Of a DNA stretch of 64,000 nt, positions 10,411 through 21,900 are shown in pieces (the stretch's first letter is position 1; every line of letters starts with the position of its first letter). Source of the DNA: Sedimentisphaerales bacterium. Its GTDB lineage: Bacteria; Planctomycetota; Phycisphaerae; Sedimentisphaerales; SM23-30. The DNA is taken from positions 288,001 to 352,000 of the forward strand of contig CAXXFK010000001.1 in the NCBI GenBank assembly GCA_963663965.2, read 5' to 3'. The position numbers and the translations under genes were made by a program. The notes beneath the pieces are model-generated. The model had not been told where the DNA came from and did no database searches. It saw only the letters and a list, made by a program, of their open reading frames with translations.

Positions 10411-11469
10411 TCAGTTTTGACTTAAGTTTTCAAGCAGGAACTTCTTGTCTTTTTGATTGATCGCCAGCACCGACCCATGCCGGACTGGATTGAAAGGAAA
10501 TTTCATGTCCTGACCCTTGACAAAATTGCCTTCACTGAGGTTATCCGTTTCATAGGCCTGATAGCCCCGGCCCCGGCTGTACCAATCCAGCAGCAGGCAC
10601 CATCTGGCATTTTTACCCTCGCCGGCCGGCTCGATCATAAAGCAGGCCGGCCCTTCATAGCCTCTCAATTGGGCCAGTGAAAACGGTTCGACTTCCTTCC
10701 AGCCTTCCATCAGCTTCTCACTGGTTTCCATCGTGATCGCCTTGAATTTTTCATCCTTGGTAAAACGATAATACCGGCCATTGTCATTGATGATGGTCGT
10801 GTCGATGACCGTTGTCGGTTTTTCGATATAGACAAACGGTTTACTGAAGGTCTTGAAATCCTTGGAATGGGTTGCCCAGATGCGATGCTTACTAAACTGG
10901 TCATCCGCCGTCTTGGACGCCCAGAAGACCATATACTCGCCACGTTCGGCATCATAAACCGCCTCCGGAGCCCAGGTACACCCGGCGTTATCCGGGGCCA
11001 CCTTCACCAGTCGCGGTTCAGACCATTTGACCAGGTTCTCCGACTCCCAGATAACAATGGATTGACTTGCGGCGGTCTGGGCGCGATGCCAATCGCCATT
11101 GAGATGAATGGACAGGTCTGTAGCAATGATGTAATACCGGCTGTTATCATGCGCGCGCAGAATATAAGGATCCCGCACCCCCTTCTCGCCTACCGTACTG
11201 ACCAGAACCGGCTTGCCACCATTGAGCGCCTGCCAGTCACGCCCATCGTCACTGACCATAAAATAGATCTGCTCAGTCATAGGGGTGGCCTCACCCCGGA
11301 ATGTCACAAAAAGGAAACCGTCCTCAGCAGCCTGCGCCAGTACCGGGTTTATGGTCAATATAAACAAGAAAAGGCAAACAAAACAGGTTCTGACGATCCA
11401 TTTCAAATGCACTGGATGGAATAATTCAGAAGTGATGTCATTTGACCATGCTTTAGCTGAATAGCTCAT
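10411..11469 (-). CDS. Glycoside hydrolase family 43 (secreted beta-propeller)
   Basis: VRDPYI, WAPEA, VIDTT, EGP, RHGSV; signal peptide. Confidence 0.88.
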   Translation of the reverse strand: MSYSAKAWSNDITSELFHPVHLKWIVRTCFVCLFLFILTINPVLAQAAEDGFLFVTFRGEATPMTEQIYFMVSDDGRDWQALNGGKPVLVSTVGEKGVRDPYILRAHDNSRYYIIATDLSIHLNGDWHRAQTAASQSIVIWESENLVKWSEPRLVKVAPDNAGCTWAPEAVYDAERGEYMVFWASKTADDQFSKHRIWATHSKDFKTFSKPFVYIEKPTTVIDTTIINDNGRYYRFTKDEKFKAITMETSEKLMEGWKEVEPFSLAQLRGYEGPACFMIEPAGEGKNARWCLLLDWYSRGRGYQAYETDNLSEGNFVKGQDMKFPFNPVRHGSVLAINQKDKKFLLENLSQN

Positions 11470-11633
11470 ATGCGATACCTCGAATCAAAAAGCTTCAATC
11501 GTTCCTTACGTAAGCAACTATAATCTTCTTTCTCATGATAGCAAGGTAGATTATATCAAAACACAACAACCGCCGCCAGAGTTTTAAATCCTGATGCCGG
11601 TATCCTGTGTATCTTCAACTACATACGTTACAT

Positions 11634-12808
11634 TCACCTGGTCAGCCGGTATATTTCGCTGCCGGCCAGCAGAAACGCCCCCACACCATAATCATCGAAA
11701 TCGGGCGCTTTATCCCAGGTCACCGGCTGGCCGGCGGATGGATCCTTGCCGGTACCCTGAACGTAACCGAGAAAACCGTTGTCATGCAGGCTGTCGGTGA
11801 TCAAGGCGTGCCAGCCCTGGAGAGCCGCCGGTAGATAGCGTTTCTTTTCCAGCAAACCGTTTCTGACTCCCCAGGCAAAACCATAGGTAAAAAAGGCGGT
11901 TCCAGTAGTCTCTTTCCCGCCAAAATGGGTTGGATCGTGCAGGCTGACATTCCAGAAGCCATCCGGTCGCTGTACCCCCGATCAAAGCAGCAGCCATTTC
12001 TTTAAAGGTTTTGACATATTCCTCACGGTGCGGGGCATCGACAGGCATCACATCAAGCACACGTACCAGGGCGGCGAAAACCCAGCCATTACCGCGAGAC
12101 CAGTAGCAATCCTCGCCGTTGGGGCTCCTGATAAGGCGGATCATAATCCTTGTCGCGCCACCACAAATGATCCTCAGGGTTATACAGCCCGCTGGTTCCG
12201 TGCGTCGTTTTGGTATACATATAAATGCTATACATTTTTTTCGTAGTACCGGTCATCATCATAAAGTACGCCCAGCCGGGCATAAACCGGCATGGCCATC
12301 TGCAACGCGTCTATCCACCACCAGTCATCATTCTCAGGATTGCTTACGATATAATCGATATTGGCTTTAATATTTGCGATCCGCTCCGGTTGGGGATCGA
12401 TCTTATACAGATCGATATAGGTCTGCCCGCAGCACTGATCATCGGCGTTACGGGTCTGGTTGCCGCTGCGCATGCCCCATTTTGTGCTTTTCACCCCACT
12501 CGACCGCATAATCATAATAACGCGGTTGCGGATCGATTGCGTACAGCGCCATCAGGCCTTCGTAATAAGTGCCGCGCGTCCAGATATTACTGGGCCGGGA
12601 GCGATTCGTGACAATGGGCTGGCCGGGATCGGGATGCTGCCCCCATAAAATAATCGTTGGCCCGTTGCATATCGGACAACACCTCTGCCTTACCGGGCAT
12701 ACCGGAACCGGTCAACCCGGCAAAACGGGAGCAGGACACGCCCGCCAGGGTGAATACCACAATCAGAACGCCTTGCATTGTCCAACGTAAGTTTCTGTAG
12801 AACGGCAT
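11634..12808 (-). CDS. GH105/GH88-type unsaturated uronyl hydrolase, split by about 5 frameshifts
   Basis: In-order fragments: ANDYFM, NIWTRGTYYEGL, ADDQCCGQ, WWWIDALQMAMP, WWRD, WSRGNGW, ETTGTAFF, YGVGAFLLAGSE. Confidence 0.85.
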
Positions 12809-12875
12809 AATGCTTCCTTTCTATTACCTGGGATAGATTTTTGTTTTTACGTTATCCTCAATTACTTTGAATAAT

Positions 12876-15800
12876 TCACTCTACGGGGGTGTGGCCACAT
12901 TCCGGGTCAATATCTAAAACCGGTTTGGCAACACCATAAGGTGCCCAGGGAGCAACAAAATGATACTGCCCTGACTGAATTTTGAAAACAAGATTGTTTT
13001 CCCACCGATCCAAGACTGGTCACACCCTCCGCGTTGGACACATTAATCCCGGATTCCAGCACCTGATCAAGCTCCCGGCCCGGGATGAATACCGTGGCGG
13101 TTGTGTTGGGGGGAATCCTCACATCCAGAATAAAATGATCTTCCAGGATTTTCCAGTTTGAAACGATCTGTCCCCGAATGGAACGATAGGAGGTATTCGC
13201 CCAGGTCATTTGTTTATCAGGCTGGGGCTGAATCAGGATCTTTTTAAATCCGGGACCATCGGTTTTGATGCCCCCGATATTTTCATAAATCCATTGGCAT
13301 ACCGCTCCGAATGAGTAGTGCGCGAAAGAGTTCATGCCGGGATCGGCAAATCCTTCCTCAGGGGTCCAGCCGTTCCATCGTTCCCAGATGGAGGTGGCGC
13401 CGTGCCTGATGGTAAATCCCCAGGAAGGAAACGTGTCATTATACAGCAATTGATACGCCTTGTCATTACGACCGATCTTCGCCAGTACCAGCATCAGATC
13501 CTTGGTCCCGACAAAGCCGGTGGAAAGGTGGTTCTTGCACTGCTCAATCCGGCGAATCAGATGGCCTGCCGCCTGTTTCTGCTTCGCCTCATCCAGCAAG
13601 TCACAGGCAATCGCCAAAACATACCCCGCCTGAGTATCGCCTTTAATCTTGCCATCCGGTTCCACAAAGGCCGGTTAAAGGAGGCCTTGATCTGATCAAA
13701 CAAGGCGTTATAAACGACCGCATCATCCTGCCTGCCGAGAACGCCAGCGATATGGGCCAGCAGCCGGGTACAATGCCCGAAACAGGCCAGATAAATCACA
13801 TCGTGCGGCGTATCATCATTGATATTCAGCCAGTCGCCAAAGCAGTGGAATTTCTCCGGAGGTAACAGTTCATCAGTACAACGCTTTCGATTGAATTCAA
13901 CAAACCGCTTCATGGCGTCGTAATGATCCGCCAGAATCCGCGTGTCACCATACATACGATAAATCGTCCAGGGACAGATCACCCCGGCATCGGCCCCAGG
14001 CCGGACCGCCATCGGTGGTATTCACTCTCAACGGCGCGTAACGGGGGAACTGACCATCATCCCGCTGGGCATCAGCCAGGTCAACCAGCCATTTGGTAAA
14101 GAATGCCTGAACATCATTATTATAACAAGCCGTATTGATATAAACCTGGGCATCGCCGGTCCAGCCCAGCCGTTCATCCCGCTGCGGACAGTCCGTTGGA
14201 ATATCGATAAAATTCATACGCTGGGTCCAGAGCGCGTTGGACCGGAGTTTGTTGACCATAGGATTGGAACATTCAAACGTTCCGGCCAATAGTGTATCGC
14301 TACTGAGCGCCAGACCGGTCAGGGCCTCCAGGGATGGCCTCTCATCCAGGCCTGAGATTTCCACATATTGAAAACCATGAAAAGTGAAACAGGGCTGCCA
14401 GATTTCTTCCCCACCGCCTCTACAGATATAGAGATCGGTCGCTGCCGCAGTGCGCAGGTTTGTGGTATAGAGTGTGCCATCTGGATTAAGCCGCTCGGCA
14501 TGACGAACCTGGATTTTCTGACCGGAGTTGCCTTTCACCCGGATCCGCACCACACCGGCAAAATTCTGCCCCATATCGAAAATATACCGCCCCCCTGACG
14601 GGTTCAGTAACCGAAACCGGTTTAATAGATGCAAATGCTACGACCGGTTCACTGACAGCCGCCTGAACCTGCGGATTTACTTCAGTATCGCCAACAATAA
14701 CCGGTTGCCAGCTTGATTCATCAAAATCGGCTGTATCCCAACCGGGCATTTCTTTCCGGGCATCGTAACATTCGCCTTGTAACAGATCCGCATATTGAAC
14801 CGGTCCCACTGACGCCTTCCAATCCCCACCCGAGGCGATAACCTGGGTAGTACCATCGTCATATTCGATATTGATCTGGGCCAGCAGCCGGGTCTTACGG
14901 CCATAATGGTTGCGGCGCAGACTACCACCCACATAGCCGGCATACCAGCCATCCGCCAGAACCGCGCCAATGGCGTTGTGACCATCTTGCAGACGGTTGG
15001 TGACATCATAGGTACGATAATAAATCCGCTTGCGGTAATCTGTCCAGCCGGGAGATAAATAATCCTCTGAAACGCGCTGACCATTGATAAACACCTGATA
15101 AATTCCCAAGGAAGTAACATACAGACTGGCATGTTTGATGGGTTTATCCTGTATCCCGAATTCTTTGCGAAAATAGCGCGCTGGTGGCAAAATCCGCTCG
15201 ATCGGCCTGGTCTGCTGCCAGGGCGCCATTCCAAGAGGACCGAGTTCGCTGGCCTGGCTCCAGGAGGAGTCATCGTAATTGGCATCCTGCCACCCCCGGC
15301 TGTTCATCCGTACAAACCAGCCAACGGCTATCCGATGTAAATTCAATCATCTGACCATCTTCCGATACGATTCGTACGGCAGCCAGGAACCCGGCCGGGG
15401 ATGGCCCAGTCCCTTCATTGCCGCCCGAAATGCCAGACTGTTTCGCCCCGGTTTGAGATAATCGGCCAGGGTGATATCATAGATAAAATTGCGGTTACGG
15501 AAAGAGCGAATCAGACTGCCATTCAGATATAACTGGATGGTATCATCCGCGGTAAAATAACACACGGCGTTTTTTGTAATCCAGTCGGCTGGAAGCTCAA
15601 ATGTTTTCCTGAAATATCGTACAGCCGGTGGAACCCGTTCATTGGCTTTAGTCTCGGACCAGATCCAGCGGGCGCGCTGGATAAACTCCGGCGCAGGAAC
15701 AGGCTGATCATCCAGGTCATATCCGATCCAGTCTGCCTGCCAGTCATCCTGTCTGAGCAATCCCATCGACCATTTCGCGGGTTGGCTCCAACCGGATGGA

Positions 15801-16181
15801 GAGTCCATTTTCATCCCAAATCCGAACCTTCCAGAAATATTCGGTAGCGGTTCGCAGCGGTTTGCCATCGTAGACGATTGCGGTCGTTTCATCGCCTGGT
15901 ACTTTTCCGGAATCCCAGACATCCGCATCATGATTCTTGAGCGATTGAAGATCGGAAGCAACCAGAATTTGAAAACTCGTTTGGACCTGGCCTCGCCGGT
16001 CGGATTGGAGTATCCAGCTTAACCGGGGAGCAGTCACATCGATCCCGGCAGGATCCACCCGGTATTCACAACGAAGTGACGCAATAGTCAGACCATGGTT
16101 CTCCCGCTCCAGAAGCGATTGGCAACCGGCGCCTACAAATAGAATCACCGAGCAGATCGTAAAAAATAACTTTTGCCTCAT
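12876..16181 (-). CDS. Alpha-L-rhamnosidase (GH78), probable lipoprotein, split by about 6 frameshifts
   Basis: Lipobox VGAGC; PRLSW, PGWTDY, DMGQNFAG, FTFHGFQY, PTDCPQRDERLGWTGD, GATSIWERW, MNSFAHY. The C-terminal SGQYHF lies in an alternative frame with a stop at 12876. Confidence 0.92.
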
Positions 16182-16634
16182 CTGGATACTCTCCCTGGAA
16201 ATTATAGAACCAAGTATACCTTCGGTCAAAATCACATGACGACAGCTATTATAATCATACCGGGCAGTTCTGCCAACGTAAACTGCCCGTTGCAGCAGAA
16301 AATCGTATTATCAGGCGTTAACGATCCAAAATGGTTGCCGACCGAACAAATATGTTATCCAGAGTATTTTGCGTACCTGCTCATCCGTCAGTTGACTTGA
16401 TCAGAGCATCTGCCTTTGTGGTATCAACAGTCGAAACAACCGAAACTACTGAATGGATCTTCACCTTTTCTCCCGTTGACCTGATGTCTTCAAAGTTGTT
16501 TCGTCAGCCACCTCAAGACTGCTGATCGCAATCATCATTATTCAAATTAATGTTCACATACACAAACTATTCCATCGATTACGGATATCCATGTCGATCG
16601 TTATATCCCTTATCGCGTTCTCCGTCATTTTCAG

Positions 16635-16670
16635 AAAAATTGGGCCTGCTCTGACAGTCAGAACAGGCCC
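16635..16670 (-). terminator. Intrinsic terminator
   Basis: GGGCCTGTTCTGAC-T-GTCAGAGCAGGCCC followed by AATTTTT on the minus strand. Confidence 0.6.
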
Positions 16671-16712
16671 GGCATCTCATTTGAGAAGTCAGCCAATGTT
16701 AGATTATTTAAG

Positions 16713-16892
16713 TCAGTTGCAACCTTCCGCCGTATTCGTACAGGCCAGCCAGAATATCGCCTGCCATCCATGGCCATCTACCAATAAAACAAACACTTTA
16801 AATCCAAGAAATGCGATCAATAACCACACCAACACGATTCCGACCTTATCCCCCTTCTCAAACTTCCTGGTTTTAACCGGTTTCTTTTTCAT
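16713..16892 (-). CDS. Small 59-aa putative membrane protein
   Basis: MKKKPVKTRKFEKGDKVGIVLVWLLIAFLGFKVFVLLVDGHGWQAIFWLACTNTAEGCN. It starts 4 nt after the corrected GH62 stop and ends before the terminator. Too short for the ORF track. Confidence 0.55.
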   Translation of the reverse strand: MKKKPVKTRKFEKGDKVGIVLVWLLIAFLGFKVFVLLVDGHGWQAIFWLACTNTAEGCN

Positions 16893-16896
16893 AAGG

Positions 16897-17999
16897 TTAA
16901 TCCGACACTTTCTGAGTCGGTACCGGTGTCAGCAAACCAATCCGCCACTGGAACTGACCGTAATTCTTCCCGGACTTATCTTTTTCCCCGCATGCCCTGA
17001 AACAGAAACTTCAGATCCTCGGGATCATACGGTTAATGTCTCATCAACGCCGTCCCGGATCAGTTCACCATGACTGATATTATCTGTCCATGGTTCAACT
17101 CCTTCAGCCGGACGGATATTTACCCATCCGGCAAACGGTTTTTCAGCGGTATCGGCAACAGGAATCCACTCGCCATCCAGACGATCCGCCAGATAGGCCT
17201 TGTAGTAGCGTCGACCGTTCTCCTCAATAATAGTCAGGTATTGGTCCATGCCCTTGAGTTTATAGGTATGGCTGGCTTCAAAAACCCTGGCCTCAAGCGC
17301 AAGTTCACAGTGATCGAATCCTTCAGGAAAATCTTCCAGCCGAGTCGATAAGCGCCACATTTGACCATTCAAACTGGTCAGAAACAGATACGCCCTCTGA
17401 TCATCGCAAATAATCCAGTAATCCAGGCCCCCAACCGTGCGCGGATCATTTTCCCCGCCATCGAGCATGGGCCGGGCCTGCGTCCATGAACCGGGATCGG
17501 CAATTTCGGTCGTCGTGGAATAAGCTACCCACATCTTTTTCGATCCGGGCACCCCGACCTGGTACACCAGATACCATTTCTTATGCGGCCTGAAGAAAAA
17601 CACCTGCGGCGCGCAGTAATAATCACTTTGACTGACAGTAAGAATGGTACGCTTAGAACTGTCAGCGGCCTCCCATTTTTCAAATGAGCAATACTCGATA
17701 ACCGATTTGCCCTCCAGCTTGACGGTCATAAAGACATGCCATTTCCCGCCATAGAAAACCACAGTCGGATCTTTCTGCGCGTGACTGATGTTCTTGTCGC
17801 GCTTCTCCGGACTGATCAGCGGCCGGCTATACTCCCACATCCGGGGCGCCTCAAAATTTTGTTTCTCCTCGTCGATACGAGCTTCCCGTTTGATTTCAGC
17901 TTGTGCCAATACCGCCGCTGGTTGAACTATATCCAGACCCAAGCCACAAACCAAAACCAGACTTAAAACAGCCAAGCTATAAACAGACCTCATGGCCAT
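16897..17999 (-). CDS. Alpha-L-arabinofuranosidase, GH62 family; frameshifts near the C-terminus
   Basis: KDPTVV, APQVFFF, LDYWIICD, FEASHTY, WTDNISHGELIRDG; continues DPEDLKFLFQG...WRIGLLTP...* at 16897 in shifted frames. Confidence 0.88.
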
Positions 18000-18059
18000 C
18001 CCCTATATATTACAACAGTTGTTGATTTTAACAATGCGTTCTTATATTTTTATCTCCAT

Positions 18060-18671
18060 TTAAACGAAATGCAAATAAGGCAGCTTCTCCGCCGTCTCCT
18101 GTATCGGCTTCAGGTTCCCCAGCAATTGCGCCGTCGTATCCCAGGTACCTTCCACCAGCGTCTTGCGCGATGATTCCGGCATAGTAATCGCCACTTCACG
18201 GCCCTCGCAATGGACTACCTTATTTTCCAGATCGATCTGGATCATCGCGGCCGGATTTGCCGTCACCGCCTGCTGCAGCCACTCAATATCAGCCTGCGCC
18301 GCCGTCACCGCCGGTACTCCCAGCGCCGTACAGTTCCCCGCGAAAATCTCCGCGAATGACTCGCCAATGATCCCGCGCATTCCGAACCGGACCAGCGCCT
18401 GGGGCGCGTGCTCACGCGAGGAGCCGCAGCCAAAATTCTTATTCACAATCAGAATCGAGCCACCGGCGTACGCCTCATCATTAAATGGATGCGCCTTCAG
18501 ATTGCCTTCCGCGTCAAACCGCACATCGTAAAAGGCGTACTGCTCCAGCCCGTCAAAAGTAATGCACTTCATAAACCGCGCCGGGATGATCCGGTCGGTA
18601 TCGATATCGTTACCGGGTACCGGTATCCCGGTCCCGGCCAGTTGTTTACGTTGCATTTCATTCGCACTCAT
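18060..18671 (-). CDS. leuD: 3-isopropylmalate dehydratase small subunit
   Basis: DIDTDRIIPA, NFGCGSSREHA, SFAEIF. Confidence 0.97.
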   Translation of the reverse strand: MSANEMQRKQLAGTGIPVPGNDIDTDRIIPARFMKCITFDGLEQYAFYDVRFDAEGNLKAHPFNDEAYAGGSILIVNKNFGCGSSREHAPQALVRFGMRGIIGESFAEIFAGNCTALGVPAVTAAQADIEWLQQAVTANPAAMIQIDLENKVVHCEGREVAITMPESSRKTLVEGTWDTTAQLLGNLKPIQETAEKLPYLHFV

Positions 18672-18687
18672 ATCGGTATCCTTATCA

Positions 18688-20103
18688 TTATTTAATCATC
18701 GTTCTCACGTCAGTCACCACACCATAGATCGCCGCCGCCGCCACCATCGCCGGGCTCATCAACAAGGTCCGCCCTTTCGGCGAGCCCTGACGCCCAATGA
18801 AGTTCCGGTTCGATGAAGACGCCGAGATCTGTCGCCCCTGCAGCTTATCCGGATTCATCGCCAGGCACATCGAACAACCCGCGCCGCGCCAGCCAAAGCC
18901 GGCCTCACTGAAGATCTTATCCAGTCCTTCGCTCTCCGCCTGCTGCGCCACTTGTTGCGAACCCGGCACCACCAACGCCTTGACATGCCCGGCGACTTGA
19001 CGCCCTTTGACAATCTTGGCTGCCTCACGCAGGTCGCTGATCCGGCCATTGGTACAAGACCCGATAAACGCGACGTCGATCTTAACACCCTGGATCGACT
19101 GTCCCGGTTTCAGATCCATATGCTCATAAGCCAGTTCCGCTGTCTGACGCTCATCCGGCGTCATGGTCTGCGGATCGGGCAGCTGCTGACCCACCCCCAC
19201 CGCCTGACCCGGATTTATGCCCCAGGTCACCATCGGCTCGATATCATCCGCGTGATAATTGATGGTATCGTCATAGTCCGCGTCCGCACCCGATGCGATC
19301 GAACGCCAGAACGCCACCGCCTTATCGAACGCCTCACCCTGCGGCGCGTAAGGCCGGCCCTTGATATACTCAAAGGTGGTCTCGTCCGGGTTGACATAGC
19401 CCACCCGCGCGCCGCCTTCGATACTCATATTACAGATCGACATCCGCGCTTCCATACTCAACGCCGCGATGGCCTCACCGGCATATTCATAGGCATAGCC
19501 AATCCCGCCCTTCACACCCAGCTTGCTGATAATATACAGAATAATATCCTTGGAATAGACCCCCGGCTTCAGCCGGCCATCCACCTGGATCTTACGGACT
19601 TTCGGCTTGCTCATCGCCAGTGTCTGTGTGGCCAAGACATCGCGGATCTGGGTGGTGCCTATCCCAAAGCCGATCGCGCCAAACGCGCCATGCGTGGAGG
19701 TATGCGAATCGCCGCACGCGATGGTCAGGCCCGGCTGGGTCAGACCCAGCTCCGGTCCGATCACATGCACAATGCCCTGTTTGCCGCTTTTCAGGTCAAA
19801 TAGCTCGATCCCATGCTCACGCGTGTTCTGTTCCAGCGCCACCATCATTTTTTCTGCCAGTGAATCGCCAAACGGCCGTTGCTGTTTCTCCGTCGGCACA
19901 ATATGATCCGCCGTCGCAAAGGTACGCCCCGGATACAACACCTTCAAACCGCGCTCTTTCAACATCGCAAACGCCTGTGGCGAGGTCACTTCGTGAATCA
20001 GGTGCAGTCCGATAAACAACTGTGTCTGACCCGAAGGCAGCGTCGCGACAGTATGCAAATCCCAGATTTTATCGAACAGGTTTTTTGACATAAGCTCCAC
20101 CAT
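18688..20103 (-). CDS. leuC: 3-isopropylmalate dehydratase large subunit
   Basis: [41 protein letters not shown]. Confidence 0.98.
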   Translation of the reverse strand: MVELMSKNLFDKIWDLHTVATLPSGQTQLFIGLHLIHEVTSPQAFAMLKERGLKVLYPGRTFATADHIVPTEKQQRPFGDSLAEKMMVALEQNTREHGIELFDLKSGKQGIVHVIGPELGLTQPGLTIACGDSHTSTHGAFGAIGFGIGTTQIRDVLATQTLAMSKPKVRKIQVDGRLKPGVYSKDIILYIISKLGVKGGIGYAYEYAGEAIAALSMEARMSICNMSIEGGARVGYVNPDETTFEYIKGRPYAPQGEAFDKAVAFWRSIASGADADYDDTINYHADDIEPMVTWGINPGQAVGVGQQLPDPQTMTPDERQTAELAYEHMDLKPGQSIQGVKIDVAFIGSCTNGRISDLREAAKIVKGRQVAGHVKALVVPGSQQVAQQAESEGLDKIFSEAGFGWRGAGCSMCLAMNPDKLQGRQISASSSNRNFIGRQGSPKGRTLLMSPAMVAAAAIYGVVTDVRTMIK

Positions 20104-20163
20104 TCTAAGGAGTTATTATTACTTCAAGTTCCGGCGGCCGGCCATTGGCCGCCTCTTCGATGG

Positions 20164-20192
20164 ATTATAGAACACCCACCTCCAGAATGCAA
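20164..20192 (-). promoter_or_regulatory. Putative sigma70 promoter of leuCD
   Basis: TTGCAT-N17-TATAAT on the minus strand. Confidence 0.6.
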
Positions 20193-20202
20193 ATTATCTA
20201 AT

Positions 20203-20307
20203 TATACCCTTTACAATTGAATTGTCCCGATACGCTGTGAGATAAATAGTTGATGAGTAATAAGTTAAATTTCGAGCGATCAGGATTTTTCATACCCATT
20301 GGGTATA
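20203..20307. repeat. 105-bp dispersed MITE-like repeat, copy 1
   Basis: TATACCC...GGGTATA ends; aligns without gaps to 57809-57913 (81/105 identical by manual count). Confidence 0.85.
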
Positions 20308-20310
20308 GTT

Positions 20311-21832
20311 TTATTCTTCCTTATTCTCTGGTAAATCCGGTATCAATCCCCGGCTCCACTGCCGCAGCCGCTTGAGATGAACCGCCCCATGATGATAATA
20401 CGCCGGTTCGAGTGCGTCGAGTTGCGCCTGCCACAATTGATCACGCCGGGCCCGCCAGGCATCATCCATCCCGGCCTTCGTTCCGGCCAGGGCCATCTCA
20501 ATCATCACCTCATACAACGCATCGGCAATCAACTGATGCCCGGCAATATTCGGATGCACATGATCGATCAGCCAGTCATCACCCGGAATACCATCAGGGC
20601 TTTTCTCCGCTATCAGCCTGTCCACATCCACTAACGGCGCCCCAAAAATATCCGCCAGCTCAAAAATCGATTCCCGCATCGGCTCCAGAATCCGTAATGG
20701 ACAAATATCGTCCTCTTTAGCTTTTAAAAACCAATTCCTCGCCAATGCCGCCTGGCCCATCTTCCGATAGCACATCCCCAGCAAAAATGCCACATCCGCC
20801 CGTCGGCCATCAATCTGTTCCGCTTCTTCCAGCAAACCAGCCTTCGTCCACGGATCGGACCAGTCCACCACATACGCCTGCTGCAATAACGTTTCCACTT
20901 GCTCACTTTGACGGGTATCAAGCTCATTATCCGGCTCCGATTTAAATGGCGGCGTTCCCTCCAGGTTGCACACTGGATTCATCATAATCACCGGCACGCC
21001 GGCCTCATGCGCCATTTCCAGCATCGCCTGAAGATTATAACGAAAATGCGCCGTCACATCCCGACGCCACACCTCATTCCGTTGATAATCCGCCGGCCCC
21101 CTCCCGGCTATCCAGCCGGGTCTTTACCTCCTCTTCTAATGCGGCTCGTTGTTCCCGGACCGATTTCTTATGGGCCGCAATCGCATGATAGGCCACGCTG
21201 TAACTCCGCAAATGCAACAGCGCCTCATGCAGCCGGATCAACCCCGTCGGCATTCGTTTTATCGCTTCATAAGTCCGGTCTTCCAGAAACTCGTTATGAC
21301 CCGTACACAAGATAAACAGATCCGGCTCATAACTCATCAACTCCCGCATAATCGGCGCCAGCCGATAACTTGCGTACGAGATCCCGCCACAGTTCACTAC
21401 CTCATATTGCCTCTTCACATCTCCCGCCTCCAGATCCAGCTTCAGCCAGTTGGTAAACGAGGTCGCCACCGAATAGGGCCGCCCCTGCACCGTCGATCCT
21501 CCCAGGCAAAATACCCGCACGGTTCCCGCACCCTTCTTCGCCGCAAATGACTGTGGACAGAAATAGGTCAGCCGATTCGCCGCCGTCTCATACCGCCGGC
21601 CATCCTCACTCAATACAAACAACGGCCGCACCGCGCTGAAATGTACATAGGGATCATCCCCCACCACCTCAACCGCCGGAAATAACACCCGCGCCCCCAA
21701 CTCTACCAGCGCCACCGGCAGCATCACCAGAACGAACAAAACCAAGGAAAATCCCAGCCGCTTCCGCCAACCCAGCGAAATCGGCTTGTTCATTACTTTT
21801 ATGTTATTGTCGCTTTGCTTCTCTTTATTCAT
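20311..21832 (-). CDS. Membrane-anchored SGNH/GDSL hydrolase with TPR insert; frameshift near 21075-21100
   Basis: GGST, NCGGISYAS, GHNEF, a TPR-like segment and DHVHP. Confidence 0.8.
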
Positions 21833-21900
21833 CCTTCGAGCATACCAAATCCCCTCAGCACCATTCAACTACTATTTTTATCGCCTCCAGGTTTTTGTTT

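Noticed and set aside
16440..16500. Riboswitch-like stretch (GGGAGAAAAGGTGAAGATCC on the minus strand)
   Set aside because: Lacks the cobalamin B12 box and the glycine-riboswitch core motifs.
16380..16600. Minus-strand frame containing TGA-GGT-GGC-TGA (possible UxxU selenoprotein), and a frame resembling a signal peptide interrupted by TGA
   Set aside because: No good start or recognisable SECIS, and the flanking peptide resembles no redox fold. Probably chance or a decayed gene.
16591..17073. 160-aa plus-strand ORF, and the many other antisense ORFs in the track
   Set aside because: Antisense to well-supported genes, with no recognisable motifs.
20104..20163. Leucine attenuator upstream of leuC
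   Set aside because: A GC hairpin is present, but there is no Leu-rich leader peptide or U-tract in the short leader.
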